A stretch of DNA of 64,000 nt from Candidatus Poribacteria bacterium (GTDB lineage Bacteria > Poribacteria > WGA-4E > WGA-3G). Below the pieces are notes generated by a model, which was not told the DNA's origin, did no database searches, and saw nothing but the letters and a program-made list of their open reading frames with translations. Shown here piece by piece: positions 62,897 through 64,000 of this stretch; position 1 is the stretch's first letter; each line of letters begins with the position of its first letter. The DNA lies in assembly GCA_965197475.1 (NCBI GenBank), contig CBDANF010000003.1, forward strand, positions 3,744,001 through 3,808,000, in the 5' to 3' direction. Made by a program: the position numbers and the translations under genes.

Positions 62897-63052
62897 GTGA
62901 AGGTTATCTATTACGTACGAACATCATACAGTGTTGATTTCAATTATAGCATTTTCCAAAAATAATGTAAAGGTTTTGCTGGTATTTTTTATATGTGATA
63001 TAATGATGTCGGGCACAGATTAAAAATTTGCAAAATCGGAAGGAATTAGCAG

Positions 63053-63649
63053 ATGGCACGACAACTCAGAATGGTCAGAGCGAACCTGAAAGATCTACCG
63101 AAATTAGAACTCCCTGCTGGCTACGCTATCCGAACCTACCGAGAAGGTGACGAGGTGTATTGGGCAAACATCATCAGCAATTCTTTCGGTGGAAGAGAAC
63201 GCACTGCACAAGACACACGGAATGAGATTACGGGCCGAGATGTGTTTGTACCAGATGGACTCTATTTTGTAACATACCAAGATACCCCGGTTAGTACAGC
63301 ATGTGCGTGGCGGCAATCCATTGATGAGACAGATGTTGGATACGTCCACATGGTAGGCGTTTTAGACGTACATACGGGGCATAAACTCGGTAAATGGGTA
63401 TCGCTTGCTGTTCTCTACTATTTTCGCGACAATGACTTTACCTGTTCTATGCTTGACACGGATGATTTTCGTCTGCCCGCGATAAAAACCTATCTTAATT
63501 TAGGGTTTGTACCTGTCTACGTTGATAGCACTCAGTCTAAACGATGGAAAGAAATCTTTAAAAAATTAGAACTCCCGTTAATGACAAAAGAGATCGCCCG
63601 CATCCGAGAAATATTTCCTACCGAATTGTGGACAAAAGTGTCGCGTTAA
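63053..63649 (+). CDS. GNAT family N-acetyltransferase
   Basis: VHMVGV...HTGHKLGK, TDDFRLPAIKTYLNLGF. Confidence 0.85.
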   Translation: MARQLRMVRANLKDLPKLELPAGYAIRTYREGDEVYWANIISNSFGGRERTAQDTRNEITGRDVFVPDGLYFVTYQDTPVSTACAWRQSIDETDVGYVHMVGVLDVHTGHKLGKWVSLAVLYYFRDNDFTCSMLDTDDFRLPAIKTYLNLGFVPVYVDSTQSKRWKEIFKKLELPLMTKEIARIREIFPTELWTKVSR

Positions 63650-63658
63650 GCGTCTAAA

Positions 63659-64000
63659 ATGAAATTACCGATTACCCTTCGAGATAACTCATACAATTTT
63701 GACCTTTTTGTAATGCCTGCCATTCTTGCTATCGGTTTTGTACTCCGCATTCTCGGCATAGGTGTTGGTTTACCCGATTCACCTGATCCTCGTGAAACCC
63801 TCATTGCACGAGACATCCAAAATCTCATCAGTTTCACAGCAGCACCTGAAATCTATAACTGGCCCGGAACAGCGTGGTTCTACCTGATTGCTCTGGTGGG
63901 CAAAGTTCTTTCGAGCTGCGACGTAGATATGACTGAAGCGCGTGTAATCTGGATAGCACGGTTTTTCAATGTGTCGTTGTCAACAGGGACGATTTGGTTA
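63659..64000 (+). CDS. GT-C (ArnT/PMT-like) membrane glycosyltransferase, 3' partial
   Basis: Manual translation MKLPITL...ILAIGFVLRILGIGVGLP..PDPRE...YNWPG...IARFFNV; runs off the window. Confidence 0.65.
   Translation, partial: MKLPITLRDNSYNFDLFVMPAILAIGFVLRILGIGVGLPDSPDPRETLIARDIQNLISFTAAPEIYNWPGTAWFYLIALVGKVLSSCDVDMTEARVIWIARFFNVSLSTGTIWL

Overview
Bacterial window, most likely Candidatus Poribacteria (inferred from a C-terminal KLTTSWAKLK motif, ECF/WD40 expansions, sulfatases and a PhyH dioxygenase; not confirmed by search). Housekeeping and metabolic genes flank two accessory blocks: a double-length fused uvrA (missing from the ORF track because it runs off the left edge), era, lysA, aroK-aroB, two sulfatases, an enolase-family dehydratase and GNATs. 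Block 1 (7.9-36.5 kb) is a receptor-like array of five ECF sigma-factor fusions and four stand-alone WD40 genes. Four fusions have sigma2/sigma4, a conserved linker, one TM helix and a variable beta-propeller; the fifth has an extra sigma2 and a CBM9-like domain. The four TM fusions each have an upstream TGCAA(C/T)-N16/17-GC(G/A)TC ECF-type promoter. Four of the five fusions carry an in-frame Shine-Dalgarno plus start codon just after sigma4. The array shows gene birth-and-death: frameshifts, an amber codon, repeat deletion, an IS and its MITE. Block 2 (43-53 kb) is a VIT/vWA/HEAT cluster with ECF-type and sigma54 promoters. An uncharacterised four-gene membrane module (FN3-DUF6754-like plus three membrane proteins) follows aroKB. 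Intergenic DNA holds many GTAG-type REP hairpins and MITEs, several nested in one another, and one MITE disrupts an aspartyl-protease gene.
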